The notes: a model not told the origin generated them from the sequence alone. Counted from the stretch's first letter, positions 11,290 to 27,433 are shown. The stretch: DNA of 64,000 nucleotides from an uncultured Mobiluncus sp. (GCA_916438445.1 CAKAGR010000001.1:1404255-1468254), one strand, 5' to 3'. Made by a program: numbers and translations.

Positions 11290-12069
11290 ATGGCTTTTCC
11301 ACGTTTTCTAAGCTGTGTAGACGCGCCCTCTCCCGCGCTACCCGCTGCCTTCCAGTATCACCCCGAAGGTCGGGCGCAACCGGTGGATTTGTCCTGCGCG
11401 CAACCCCAACCGGCAGGGGAAGCAATACCGAAATTTACCCAGATTCGCAGCTTTGAGGATTTCGTGGATTATGCTGTGTCACTGCCGGAATCCCAGGTCA
11501 CCAAATACGTCCACAAGCTGCGCGCTCAAAACCCCCAAGCCGACACTGCCCAGCTGATGGAGATTCTCTCAAAGCGCCATATTCGCTGGTCGGCCACAGC
11601 CTCTGCGGGAGTGGGCGGAGGCAGCGCCATACCCGGTTCCGGACTGGTGATGGGGACCGCACTATCCGCGGTGGAACTGGCGTTTTTCGCCACCAGCACT
11701 TCCCTCTATGTCCTCGCCATGGCACAACTGGCGCAGGTTCCCATCGCGCAAAAACAGTTGCGCCGCGCCCTGATTCTCAGCGCGGTCCTAGGCGAGGACG
11801 CCTCCAAGATTCTGACCGACCAGTTCGGTATCGATTTGTGGAAATGGGCTCGGGAACGCGGTACCGGTGCGGCGGCCACCTCTACTTTGAGTTCGGTAAA
11901 TCTGGCCTTGGTGAACTATGCGAACAAGAAACTGGCGAAAAAACTCTCGGCTCACGCCTTGGGGCGGGTAATCCCCCTGGGAATTGGGGCAGCTATCGGT
12001 TATTTCTCGGGGCGAAAACTGGCTTCGCAGACCGTATCTGGGGTGAGGGCCCAACTGTCACAGCTTTGA
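11290..12069 (+). CDS. Hypothetical protein, EcsC-like
   Basis: YVHKLRAQNP...ATASAGVGGGSAIPG...GRVIPLGIGAAIG pattern of actinobacterial EcsC-like proteins. ATG lies 10 nt after the rnhA stop. Confidence 0.6.
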   Translation: MAFPRFLSCVDAPSPALPAAFQYHPEGRAQPVDLSCAQPQPAGEAIPKFTQIRSFEDFVDYAVSLPESQVTKYVHKLRAQNPQADTAQLMEILSKRHIRWSATASAGVGGGSAIPGSGLVMGTALSAVELAFFATSTSLYVLAMAQLAQVPIAQKQLRRALILSAVLGEDASKILTDQFGIDLWKWARERGTGAAATSTLSSVNLALVNYANKKLAKKLSAHALGRVIPLGIGAAIGYFSGRKLASQTVSGVRAQLSQL

Positions 12070-12097
12070 AAACTCCGCGACGACCTCGCAGCTGGCT

Positions 12098-12829
12098 TCA
12101 ACCCCGGGTGATATCCACGGCGTGAGCGACTTCGGCGGGGTCGGTGAAGGAACGCTGAGTGAAGTTATCTTCCCTGCACACCCCACCTTGGGATTCGGTC
12201 CAGGCCCGGGCGCTCAGCTGCACCGCCGCCACCCCGTGCTCGGCGAAAACCGGGAGGTCCCAGACACGGATACCGCCTACGGCCTGCACGATTCCGCTGT
12301 CCGCCCACAGTTCTTGCAGGGTTTGCAAACACTCCAAGCCTGACATTGCGTTGGGCGCTCCTCCAGAGGAGTTGAAGCGGGTGCATCCCAGTTCGGTGGC
12401 TTGCGAGGTGATTTCCGCGGGGGAAACCCCGGCGCGCAAAGCCTGGTCCACACAACGATTCAAGCTGAGCTCCACCCCCATCCGGGCGCGCACCAAATCC
12501 GCGATCGGTTTAAGGGCCAGCATAGAGAGGTGCTGGTCCTCGGTCAGCGCCCCGATGCTGACCCCCGTGGCACCGGCGTCCAGCACCAGCTCTACGTCGC
12601 GCATCATCTGGGACACCTCGTCGAGGTTATAGCAGAAGTCCCCGGGACGGGGTCGGACCAGCACATAGACCGGCACCCCCACTGCCACGGCTTGTTCGAC
12701 CGCACCCAGAGAAGGGGTTAAACCGCCCAGGTCCAGAGCACAAGATAACTCGACTCGGTCGATGCCGTTGGACAGGGCAGTGCGCACCCCGTCGGTATCC
12801 TGAACCGCCAACTGTATACTCATCACCAC
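12098..12829 (-). CDS. cutC: CutC family (copper homeostasis) TIM-barrel protein
   Basis: DRVELSCALDLGGLTPSLG, VLVRPRPGDFCY, GATGVSIGAL, SSGG. Confidence 0.88.
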   Translation of the reverse strand: MVMSIQLAVQDTDGVRTALSNGIDRVELSCALDLGGLTPSLGAVEQAVAVGVPVYVLVRPRPGDFCYNLDEVSQMMRDVELVLDAGATGVSIGALTEDQHLSMLALKPIADLVRARMGVELSLNRCVDQALRAGVSPAEITSQATELGCTRFNSSGGAPNAMSGLECLQTLQELWADSGIVQAVGGIRVWDLPVFAEHGVAAVQLSARAWTESQGGVCREDNFTQRSFTDPAEVAHAVDITRG

Positions 12830-12910
12830 TGCCTCCCTGGGCTTGTTCGAAAAGCGTCGTCTGGCCTAAGACTACCAGCGATTATTCTCCCTTTGGGGAT
12901 TGTCGGGCAC

Positions 12911-13120
12911 TCAATGCCAAGCCCTTAGACCTGTGCACACTCCAAACTTAGCTTCCGCAACTGCACCACCCGGCCTCATCTGCGTGTCTTGAACCGCCAC
13001 TTGAGGTAAATATTCGGATTCGCACTCCTGTTTCCCCCTGGCATCCCACCAGTCCCATTCCCGGTACTGCCGTATAAAAGGGTTAGCTAATGCGGGGTTG
13101 ATGTAATAGGGTTGCGCCAT
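12911..13120 (-). CDS. Possible small hypothetical protein (69 aa)
   Basis: ATG at 13120 preceded by AGAGGA, with a TAGAAT hexamer about 40 nt upstream. No recognisable family. Confidence 0.3.
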   Translation of the reverse strand: MAQPYYINPALANPFIRQYREWDWWDARGKQECESEYLPQVAVQDTQMRPGGAVAEAKFGVCTGLRAWH

Positions 13121-13196
13121 CGTCGAGGTCCTCTGTTTTTCGGTTATAGGCCTGGTCATGATTCTACGGGTCGAGGATGGTGGGTGTGGTTTAAAT

Positions 13197-13230
13197 GCCG
13201 CGGCCCCCGCTTTGGGGCGGGGGTCGTGGT
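13197..13230 (-). terminator. Hairpin downstream of 5S rRNA (rrn terminator)
   Basis: Inverted repeat GCGGCCCCCGC / GCGGGGGTCGT immediately after the 5S gene. Confidence 0.65.
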
Positions 13231-13242
13231 TTGGTTTGATAG

Positions 13243-13360
13243 TGCGGCGGTTTCCTACTCTCCCACACCCTGTCGAGTGCAGTACCATCGGCGCGGGCAG
13301 GCTTAGCTTCCGGGTTCGGGATGGGGCCGGGCGTTTCCCTGCTGCTATGACCGCCGCCAC
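13243..13360 (-). rRNA. rrf: 5S rRNA
   Basis: Reverse complement contains CCCATCCCGAACCCGGAAGCTAAGCC...CGCCGATGGTACTGCA...GGGAGAGTAGG. Confidence 0.97.
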
Positions 13361-13477
13361 GTTTTTCGGGCTGTGTGCTGTTTGCTGGTGGCTGGTTGGT
13401 GGTTTTTTGTATAGCGGTTGCGAGTATCTGGACAGAGAATTTATGTCGTGTTCGTGTTTGCGTGTGTGGTGTGTGTT

Positions 13478-16577
<3,100 letters not shown>

Positions 16578-16873
16578 CAAAACCAAACAGTAATATCACC
16601 AGAAGAACAAACACTAAAACAAAAAAACCAGCATCACAGATACTCGCACCACTATACAAAAAACAACCAACCAACCAAGAAACCCAGACACAAGCCAAAA
16701 CCCGCACCCAGATAACCAGCCAGGCCAGCAAGCCCAAAACCCGACAGCGCCCCCAACCCCACAAAACAAGGACCAGGAACCGACCATTCCCCACGCGCTA
16801 CCCTAAACACCAGAAAACACAAAACCACGAACACCACAACAGCGCCCGCTACTGGCAAAATAAACGTGCTCCC

Positions 16874-18416
<1,543 letters not shown>

Positions 18417-18669
18417 AAACAATTCGAAGCCAGAAAACCTGACAAAAAAGAAGATTTCATAAAACAGAAACCAACAAACACTAACAAGCACCCAACCCCC
18501 AAAAACAGAAGCCAGGCACCCAACAAAAAAACGCGTAAAAAACAATCAAAAACACTGTCGAGTTCAAAACCAACCAACCCACAGACGCATCCACCAAGAT
18601 TTCCGCTTGATTTCAATCATCGGGGCATTGCTTCCCTACGATTTACCCTCGAAGAGCGCAACAGATAAA

Positions 18670-18698
18670 ACTATACACGCGGATTTCGAGGTGCGCAA
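18670..18698 (-). promoter_or_regulatory. Putative sigma-A rrn promoter
   Basis: Minus strand TTGCGC-N17-TATAGT, about 250 nt upstream of 16S. A boxA-like GTTTTGAACTCGACAG lies in the leader near 18555-18570. Confidence 0.6.
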
Positions 18699-18839
18699 AT
18701 TCAGAGTGCCGATTTGCTCATTTCGGGCGTGTCGCACCTCGCTCGATCCGCACTTTTCCCCGCAAAACCAAGGAAAAGTCCTCGAACCGTGAAAGACGAC
18801 ACCGACGCAAACGACACGCCGCACCCGGGCGCACCACCC

Positions 18840-19467
18840 CTAACTGGACAGTATCCGCACCGCGCGCATCAAGTCGCGTACCTGCTCCCCGTCGATGCGC
18901 CCGGATTCTTGGATATCGGCAGAACAGCACAGCGCCATCGACCCAGTAGCCAAAGCATCGAGGATGTTGTGGCGGTCGATCGAACCACCAAGGAAGAAGG
19001 GGCGGGTGAATCCGCGCAGCCAAGACCAGCGGAAAGCCGGGTCGGTTACTTTGGAATAAGACGTAGTCCGCGCTGCTTTGTTCGCCAGCCTGCAAGGCGG
19101 CGCTGACTTGCTGGGCATCCCCAGTAACCGGAAGGCACACAATTAATTGTCCACAGTATCCGTAACCGTGAATCTGGATGCCTCGGCGCACCTCTTCCAG
19201 GAATTCCGCACTGACCTCCCCCATGAACTGGGCCATCTGGATAATACCTTGGTTGATGAGATTAGCCACCTCGGACGCAGAGGTCTGGGAAAAAATCCCT
19301 ACAGTGACGATTTGGGGGTCGAGGATACGGCGCAGTTCTTTGGCGTCGGCGGCTGAGATCTGTGCGGGTCCGGCAGAGAAGTAAAAACCGATGAAGTCGG
19401 GTTGCGCCAGATTTACCGCTGCAACGTCGCCCAAACGGGACAGACCGCATACCTCGACGAGGGTCAA
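18840..19467 (-). CDS. trpF: Phosphoribosylanthranilate isomerase (TrpF-like), frameshifted
   Basis: VEVCGLSRLGD..AVN..PDFIGF, then ADYVLF and, after the frameshift, GFRWSWL...PFFLGGSIDRHNI. Some catalytic-site residues look divergent. Confidence 0.7.
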
Positions 19468-19812
19468 GGCTCACCTCCCAGGAAATACTGCGGTTAGGGG
19501 TGCCCGGTTAAGGACTGTAGATTATGCTGCTTCACACCACTCACCGCGCCATGACTCGATCTTACAAGGCAGTAAGTGAAGATATGCGTAATTTCAAAAC
19601 GGAAACTATCTGGAATGGTAAAACTGCAGGTCACGGGGGCAAAACAATTTTTTGGCTCCCCTGTCCCCCGGCGAAACACCGCATTGCATACCTATAAACG
19701 ACCACCTCACCCTCGCGGCCCTCCACCATAACTACAACCCCGGCCTCGACCGGGGCACAAAGCAGCACACCGCAGGGCCACGGCCTCGACCGGGGGCATG
19801 CAGGTAGGACTT

Positions 19813-19842
19813 TTGTCACAGATTTACCCTACGTGGTAAAGT
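19813..19842 (+). promoter_or_regulatory. Putative promoter of the peptide ABC SBP gene
   Basis: TTGTCA-N18-TAAAGT with extended -10 TG. RBS AAAGGAG precedes ATG 19910. Confidence 0.45.
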
Positions 19843-19909
19843 TAGCTCCAACATTCACTTTTCGCTGGCAAAAGGGGATGACCGTACTAAGCAAAGGAGC
19901 AAAGAACTA

Positions 19910-21536
19910 ATGAGCAACACCTACTCGCGCCTATGGGCACCGATTGCGCTGTGCGCTACCGGCGCCCTGGCCTGTCTGCGTGCGTATCCACCAACTCCTC
20001 CACCGGAGCATCCGACAGCAACGGCGATTCCGCCAAAGCCATCACCGTGGGTACCACCGATAAGATTACTTCGCTGGACCCTGCCGGTGCCTACGACAAC
20101 GGTTCCTTCGCGGTTGCGATCAATGTTTACCCCTACTTGCTCGGCATCAAGCCCGGTGGTAACGAACTGGAACCCGATGTGGCTGAATCTTATGAATTCA
20201 GCGATGCCAATACCTTGCGGGTAAAGCTGAAGTCCGGGCTGAAGTACCCCAACGGGCACGATCTGACTGCCTCGGACGTGAAGTTCAGCTTTGACCGCAT
20301 GACCGCGATCAATGACCCCGATGGGCCGTCCTCGCTGTTGGCGAACCTGAAAGAAACCGTCGTGGTGGATGACACCACAGTGGATTTCAAGCTGGCCATC
20401 CCCAACGACCAGACCTTCCCCCAGATTCTGACCACTCCGGCGGCCCCGATTCTGGATGAAGAGGTCTTTAGCCCCACCGAACTCACCGATGACCAAGACA
20501 TCGTCAAAGGTAAAGGCTTCGGCGGACCTTATGTGTTGACTTCTTACAAGGTCAACGAACTGCTGACCTACCAGGCCTACGCCGATTACCAGGGCTTGCA
20601 CAAGCCGCAGAACACCGATGTAAAGGTCCAGTACCTGGCCGATGAAACCAATATGAAGCAAAGCTTGAAAACGGGGAAATCGACCTGGCTTTCCACTCTT
20701 TGAGCCCCACCGCGGTGGCGGCCCTGTCGCAGAACAGCAAACTGACCGTGCATGAAGGCCCCGGTGGAGAGCTGCGTTACCTGGTGTTCAACACTGACAC
20801 CATGCCCTACGGCAAGAAGACCGCCAATGCCGATGACGCCAAGGCGCTGGCGGTGCGCCAGGCAATGGCCTCGGTGATTGACCGCGCAGCCATTTCTAAA
20901 ACCATCTTCAAGGGTAACTATGCCCCGGCTTACTCGATGGTTCCCGATTCCATGCCCGGCGCCGCCACTCCTTTCAAGCAGTACGGTGACGGCAACGGCG
21001 GACCCAGTGTAGAGAAGGCCACGGCCCTGCTGAAGGATGCCGGTGTGGAAACCCCGGTGGCCCTGCAGATTCAGTATTCTCCGGACCACTACGGGAATTC
21101 CTCGGCGGATGAATACTCGATGATTAAAGAACAGCTGGAATCCTCGCACCTGTTCACCGTAGAGCTACAGTCCACCGCCTGGACCACCTACAACAAGGAG
21201 CGTATCTCCAGCTACCCGATCTATCAGCTGGGTTGGTTCCCGGACTTCTCCGATGCCGATAACTACCTCAGCCCCTTCTTCCTGCCGACGAACTTTGTGC
21301 AATCCTGGAACTCGGGTCTGCCCGAGGCCCTGAGCGCCGCCGTGGCGGCCCAGACCGCGCAAAGCGACCACGAAAAGCGTATGGCCTTACTGGCCACCGC
21401 CCAGGAAGAAGTCGCGAAGACGGTGCTGGCGCTGCCGATGCAGTCTGGCAAGCAGATCGCGGTTTCCCAGAAAGACCTTCAAGGCGTAGTGCTGGATGCT
21501 TCCTTCAAGCTGTACTACTCGACCTTGAACAAGTAG
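19910..21536 (+). CDS. Peptide ABC transporter substrate-binding lipoprotein (family 5), two frameshifts
   Basis: Signal peptide/lipobox region (..LSAC), ITVGTTDKITSLDPAGAYD, LTASDVKFSFDR, GPYVL, LGWFPDFSDADNY. Confidence 0.9.
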
Positions 21537-21549
21537 CCTGAGGCAGTCG

Positions 21550-21583
21550 GGGGGTGAGGTCTGCACAGTCACGCCTCACCCCC
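21550..21583 (+). terminator. Hairpin after SBP gene
   Basis: GGGGGTGAGG / CCTCACCCCC stem followed by an AT-rich tract. Confidence 0.55.
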
Positions 21584-21719
21584 CATTACTTATATAAAAG
21601 TGTTTTCGGTTTTCGAGGTCTGGTTTCGAGGTCCGCGAAAACTGCAGTTAAGCGGTGCGAACCTTTGGTTGGCGCCATAAATAAAAGTAAAGAATTATAC
21701 GTATATTGAGGAGGCAGCG

Positions 21720-22867
21720 TGTCTGATTCCCCACAGCACCCCCAAAGGGTCCAAAGACCCCCACCCCGCGGCCACGTCCACCCTGGCCGAGTCCCCGCGA
21801 GCGGAAACATCCCCTGAAAAACAAACCAAGAAGCCCGACAAGAATCGCTCTAACCTGGGTCGCTACCTGCTGACGCGGTTTTTGTTGATTATCCCCACCG
21901 TGTTCATTCTGGTCACGATGGTGTTCTTCTTGATGCGTCTCACCGGCGATCCCATCACGGCTTCGGTCGGTGGGCGCCTGACCCCCGAAGAACTGGCGAA
22001 ACGTCTTCACGCCGCAGGTTACGACCGTCCACTGCTGGCGCAGTACTGGGACTACCTATCTCGGCTACTGCAAGGCGACCTGGGGCGCACCACCACCGAC
22101 AACCGTCCCATTACGGAACTCTTGGCAACCCACGGCACCGCCACCCTCGAACTGTGCATTTACTCAGTTGCCGTAGCTCTGATTGTCGGGGTGCCGCTGG
22201 GGCGAATCGCAGCGCGTTACCGCGATAAGGCACCTGACGCGGTGCTGCGGGTTTTGGCGATTATGTTCTACGCCACCCCCGTGTTCTTTGCGGGCCTGAT
22301 GCTCAAGCTGGTTTTCTCGGTGGGGCTGGGATGGCTGCCCATCGCGGGTCGCGCCAGCCTCGATACCCAAGTCGTGCTGGATTCCATTCCTTCCAAGACC
22401 GGGATTTACCTGTTGGATGCCTTGCGTACCGGACGCTGGGATCTGATCAGCGATATCTTGATCCACGCCGTCTTGCCTTCGGTGGCGCTGGGATTGCTGA
22501 CCGCCGGGGTGTTTCTACGCCTGGTGCGCACCAACTTGATCGGTACGCTCTCACAGGCTACATCGATGCGGCGCGTTCGCGCGGGGTCAGCGAAAAACGC
22601 CTGGTAAAGACCCACGCGTGGCGCCCCGCCCTGATTCCCATCATCACGGTGATGGGGATGCAGATCGCTTTGATGCTGGGCGGCGCGGTGCTGACGGAAA
22701 CCACTTTCGAGTGGCACGGCCTGGGTTTCGCCATGCAGCAATACCTGCAGTCCCGCGACTTCACTGCCGTGCAAGGCATCGTGATTCTGTTGTCCATCAT
22801 CGTGGCAGTGACGAACTTTATCGTCGACGTAATCGCTGCCTTCGTTGACCCGCGAGTGAGGTACTGA
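21720..22867 (+). CDS. Peptide ABC permease (DppB/OppB-like), frameshifted
   Basis: GYDRPLLAQYWDYL, DLGRT, ATLEL, YIDAARSRG (EAA loop), LGGAVLTETTFEWHGLG. Confidence 0.9.
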
Positions 22868-22869
22868 AG

Positions 22870-23949
22870 ATGAGCACTGAAATTTTGAACTCTGCCCCTG
22901 CGGGGAACGCCAAACTTCCCGCCGATTTGCCGCAATTCATCGAAAGGCGCAAGGCCTGGAAAAATCTGCCTCTGATTCGCCAAGTTGTGACCAGCGTGGG
23001 CCTGCAGCGCGGCATGCTAGTCACCGGCCTGGTGCTCGTGACATTCTTTGTGATCTTGGCGATTTTTGCCCCGATGATTGCCCCTTATGAATGGGCCCAA
23101 TCCAAGGAAGGTGGCGTGACATTCGCCGCCCAGCAAGCCCCCAGCGCCGCGCACTGGTGGGGCACCACCGTGGGAACCTACGACGTGTTTTCCCGGGTAG
23201 TTTGGGGAAGTCAAACAGCCCTGGTCACCGTGTTGATGGCGATTCTACTCTCCATCGTGGTGGGGGTGTTGCTGGGGCTGTTCTCGGGATACTTCGGGGG
23301 CTGGCTGGACCGGGTCTTGGTGGTAGTAGCCGATGCGGTCTATGCCTTTCCTTCGCTGCTGATGGCCATTGTCCTGGCGATTTCCATCAACGGAGGCCGC
23401 TCCAGTTTCTGGGGAGGCATCTTAGCCACGGCCGGCTCTATCACGGTGGTCTTTGTCCCCCAGTACTTCCGCGTTATCCGCGCCGAGGTAGTGCGCCTGA
23501 AAGCCGAACCTTTCGTGGAATCGGCGCGGGTTATCGGCTCTCCGGTACACCGCATTTTGTTCCGCCACGTCTTGCGCAACGCCACGCGTTCCCTGCCCCT
23601 GATTTTGACGCTGAATGCTTCGGAAGCCATATTGACCCTGGCGGGTTTGGGCTTCTTGGGATTCGGTATCGAACCGACCAAGGCCGCGGAATGGGGCTAC
23701 GACTTGAACCGCGCCATGGCGGATGCGGCCAGCGGAATCTGGTGGACCGGCTTGTTCCCCGGTCTGGCCATCGTGTTGCTGGTGCTGGGCCTGACTTTGG
23801 TGGGCGAATCCTTGAATGACTTAGCTGACCCCAGATTGCGGATTCACCGCGTGCGCAAGCGTCGCGGCGCAAAGTCCCTCACGGTCGAGGTTCCCCTGGT
23901 CGAGGATCGTCCCGAAACGAACGAAGACGCCGCCAAGGAACCGTGGTGA
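22870..23949 (+). CDS. Peptide ABC permease (DppC/OppC-like)
   Basis: PSAAHWWGT, DVFSRVVWG, FVESARVIG, LGFLGFG, EWG, LVGESLNDLADPR. The acidic 23943..24143 ORF may be its frameshifted tail. Confidence 0.92.
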   Translation: MSTEILNSAPAGNAKLPADLPQFIERRKAWKNLPLIRQVVTSVGLQRGMLVTGLVLVTFFVILAIFAPMIAPYEWAQSKEGGVTFAAQQAPSAAHWWGTTVGTYDVFSRVVWGSQTALVTVLMAILLSIVVGVLLGLFSGYFGGWLDRVLVVVADAVYAFPSLLMAIVLAISINGGRSSFWGGILATAGSITVVFVPQYFRVIRAEVVRLKAEPFVESARVIGSPVHRILFRHVLRNATRSLPLILTLNASEAILTLAGLGFLGFGIEPTKAAEWGYDLNRAMADAASGIWWTGLFPGLAIVLLVLGLTLVGESLNDLADPRLRIHRVRKRRGAKSLTVEVPLVEDRPETNEDAAKEPW

Positions 23950-24135
23950 TGCCCAAGACTCGTCCCTGGGACCGCCAGGTTCCCGGCGCGGGGTTGGTGC
24001 CCGGTTTCGTCGACGCCGAAGCCAGCGTTGAGGATAGCGCAGACCCGGTCGAGGACGCCGCCTCCGGTACCGGTGATACCGCGGCCGGTACCGGTGATAC
24101 CGCGGACAACATGGCGCAAAAGGAGGAGAAGAAAG

Positions 24136-25845
24136 ATGAGTGAAGCTGTAGAAATCCGCGACCTCAAAGTCAGTTTCGCCACCCTGGGTGATCCCGTGGT
24201 GGCGATCCAAGGGGTGAACCTGGATGTGCACCAGGGCGAAATCCTGGCAATCGTGGGTGAATCCGGTTCGGGGGAAAACCGTAACTTCCAAGTCCATCAT
24301 GGGTCTGCTGCCCGAATCGGCCATGGTAGAAGGCGCGGTGGTACTCAATGGCCAAGAAGTCACTTCCCTGTCCCCCGCCCAGCTGCGTGACATCCGCGGT
24401 ACCGAAGTCTCGATGATTTTCCAAGAGCCCTCAACCGCCTTGAATCCGGTTTTCACCGTGGGTTGGCAAATCGCCGAAGGTCTTAGGGCACACCGCAAGG
24501 TCAACAAAGTCGAAGCCAGAGAAATCGCGGTGGATGCCCTGCGTAAGGTGGGAATCCCGGAACCCGAGAAACGCGTGGACTACTATCCCCACCAGCTTTC
24601 TGGTGGTCAAAAACAGCGCGTCGTAATTGCTCAGGCCTTGGCTCTGGGCGCGAAAGTGCTGTTGGCCGACGACCCACCACCGCCCTGGACGTCACCGTCC
24701 AGCCGAAATCCTGGACCCTGCTACGTCAGGTCCGCGAGGAATTCCAAGTGTCGATTGTTCTGGTGACGCACAATATGGGCGTGGTGGCAGATTTGGCCGA
24801 CCGCGTCGCGGTGATGTACCACGGCAAGATTGTCGAACAGGCCCCAACCCGGGAACTCTTTGCCCATCCTCGCGCGGCTTACACCCAGTCCCTGCTGGCA
24901 GCGGTACCGCGGCTCTCCTTCGACGACTACGCCGCCCTCGACCAGGCCCAACGCGAGGCCGACGAAGCGGCGGCGGCACAGATGGACGAAGCCGAACGCG
25001 CCTGGATGTCCGAGGCGGCCCGCTCTAAGCCAGTGGTTTGCGCCCGCGACCTCAAGATTACCTATCCGGGCCGCCTGGGCAAGCCGGGATTCCGCGCGGT
25101 GAAAGGGGTTTCTTTCACCATGCATCCGCGTGAAGTGCTGGGGCTGGTGGGTGAATCTGGTTCGGGGAAAACCACGATTGGGCGTTCTCTGGTCGGTCTC
25201 ACCACCGCTACGGGTGGCTCCTTAGAGGTTTTCGGCACCGAAGTTGTAGGGGCCAGCGCCCGCGATATGTTGCAGGTGCGCACCCGTGTCGGATTCGTCT
25301 TCCAAGACCCCGCGACCTCCTTTAACCCCCTGTTGACCATCGCGGAATCCATCGCCGAACCGCTGCTGGTTCACGGCAAGGCCAGCAACTTGCACGAAGC
25401 CATGCCTCGCGTGCTGGAGCTGCTGGATTGGGTCCACCTGGAAAAGGGATACGCCAAGCGCTTCCCGCATGAACTTTCCGGTGGTCAGCGGCAACGCGCT
25501 TCCCTGGCTCGTGCCCTGGCGCTGAATCCGGAACTCATCATCGCCGACGAACCTACTTCGGCCCTGGATGTTTCGGTGCAGGCCCACGTTTTGCAGGTCT
25601 TCAAAGAGCTGCAAAACGAGCTGCACTTCAGCTGCCTCTTCATCACCCACGACTTGGCGGTGGTGGGTCTGCTGGCGGACCGCATCGGGGTGCTTTCGCA
25701 GGGAGAGCTGGTGGAAATCGGTACGGTTCCCCAGGTTCTGGGCAATCCCCAGCATCCTTACACGCGTCGGCTTTTGGCTTCAGTCCCGGTGGCCGATCCG
25801 GTGGCGCAGGCGGCACGCCGCGAGGCTCGGCTACACATCGCCTGA
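24136..25845 (+). CDS. Peptide ABC transporter ATP-binding protein, fused double ATPase, frameshifted
   Basis: Two GESGSGK Walker A motifs, YPHQLSGGQKQR and FPHELSGGQRQR, ADEPTSALDV, HPYTRRLL. Confidence 0.92.
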
Positions 25846-26042
25846 GTTGTCTAAACGCGAAGGTCGAAAGAGCTGAGTCCCGGCCCTCGAGTTTTAACCG
25901 GGTCGAGGTTCAGTGGTAGCGAATTCCCGGCGTCGCGAGATGCGCATCGAAGCGGCCTACGCGACTCTCTTTGCCTGGGCGGTGATAGTGAAGATTGCCC
26001 TGGTCCCGGCAGTGCTGCTGCTTAGAGCTGCACTTTCCCGCC

Positions 26043-27345
26043 TCACCGCTGGCTCAATGCCAGGGCAAATCCCGGAGTCAGTCCCATATCCAGGATAAAC
26101 ATGGCCTGACCGGCGTGATAGATATCAGCCTTGCCCGCCCAAGTCTGGTTAGCGGGTTGGTTAGCCGCATCCAGTTCGTGGTGCCACCTGCCGGGAGACT
26201 CTATCAAGTACCGCTGGATGTATTCGAGCAGGGTTTGCATGTGTTCCTCGCATTCCTCTGCGAGGGTGTCCTGTCCCAGTTCTTTGGCGCGCAGCGTCAT
26301 TACTCGCTGGGCGGCTAAGGCTTCGCAAACCACCCAGTGCATGCGCTGCGTTGAAAACGGTTTCCCCTCGAAATCTGTGGTGTAGACGAATCCCGCAGCC
26401 CCGTCGCAGTCCCAGGACTGGCGGGCCTGGGCGATAAGCCCCGCGGCGGCCTCGTCCACCCATTCCAACTCTTCGCTCAAGGCTGCAAGCTCGGGTTCAT
26501 TCGAGTTGCGTACCGTGGCGGCCATCTGCAGACATAAGCGGGCCCATTCAAAGCCGTGCCCCGGAGTTATTCCCCAGGGGCGGAAGGGGTCATTTGGCTT
26601 GTCGCGGTTATATTCGGGATCGACCTGCCAATCTGCACTGTAGTGTTCGGGCATGCGCCAGCCGTGGTTTCGCGCCTCAACATTGACCATTTGCGTCGCG
26701 ATTCGCACGGCGTGCTTCATGGTTTCGACCCTCAGGGTGTTTTCATAAACCCCCAAGAGCGCTTCTAAAGTGTGCATATTGGCGTTGGCCCCGCGATAGG
26801 GTTCCGGGTCGCACCAATCCGGGGCAAACGATTCCTGCACGCGACCTTGGCTTTCCTCCCACCAGTAGGTGTTGTGGTTCTCCCAGGCGGCGTCGAGCAA
26901 CTGCTTAGCGCCCGGGGATTCCTGCCGCTAGCGCACTGGAGGCAGCCAAGAGGACGAAGGCGTGGGCGTAGGATTCTTTGCGCGGCCCCTTGTCGAGGTT
27001 CGGTCGCGGGTTTCCGGCCGGGTCGAGGGTAGTTTCAATATATGAAAACCAACCTCCGTTTTTAGAGTCCTGGAAGTATTTGGAAAGTGCGTCTAGTCCG
27101 TGCTGCGCCAGATCGGCACTGGAAGGTGCCTGAGGTGTACCGGGGTTGATTCCCGCCATGTGGAAGAGAGAAAACATATGTGTCATGCGGCAGTTAATCC
27201 ACAGTTGCGCTCCGAAATTTTCCAGGATTTCCCCAGCTTCTCCCAGGTAGCCGAAACCTGCTTCTACCCGGGATAATGCTGCGAAATCGCAGAGGGCTTG
27301 GAGCTCTCTGCGAGCCAGTTTAGCGGGAGGCAGAATTTTATTCAT
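26043..27345 (-). CDS. AGE family epimerase/isomerase (N-acylglucosamine 2-epimerase-like), frameshifted near 26905
   Basis: LWINCRMTH, KESYAHAFVLLAASSA, YRGANANMHTLEA, TPGHGFEWARL, RMHWVVCE, KADIYH. Confidence 0.9.
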
Positions 27346-27433
27346 TCATTCAGCATAGTAGAGTGGTACCAACTTTTTGGCTCTATTAAAGCCGGAAAGT
27401 TCTTTCAACCAACCACAACCAGAAAGAAAAATC

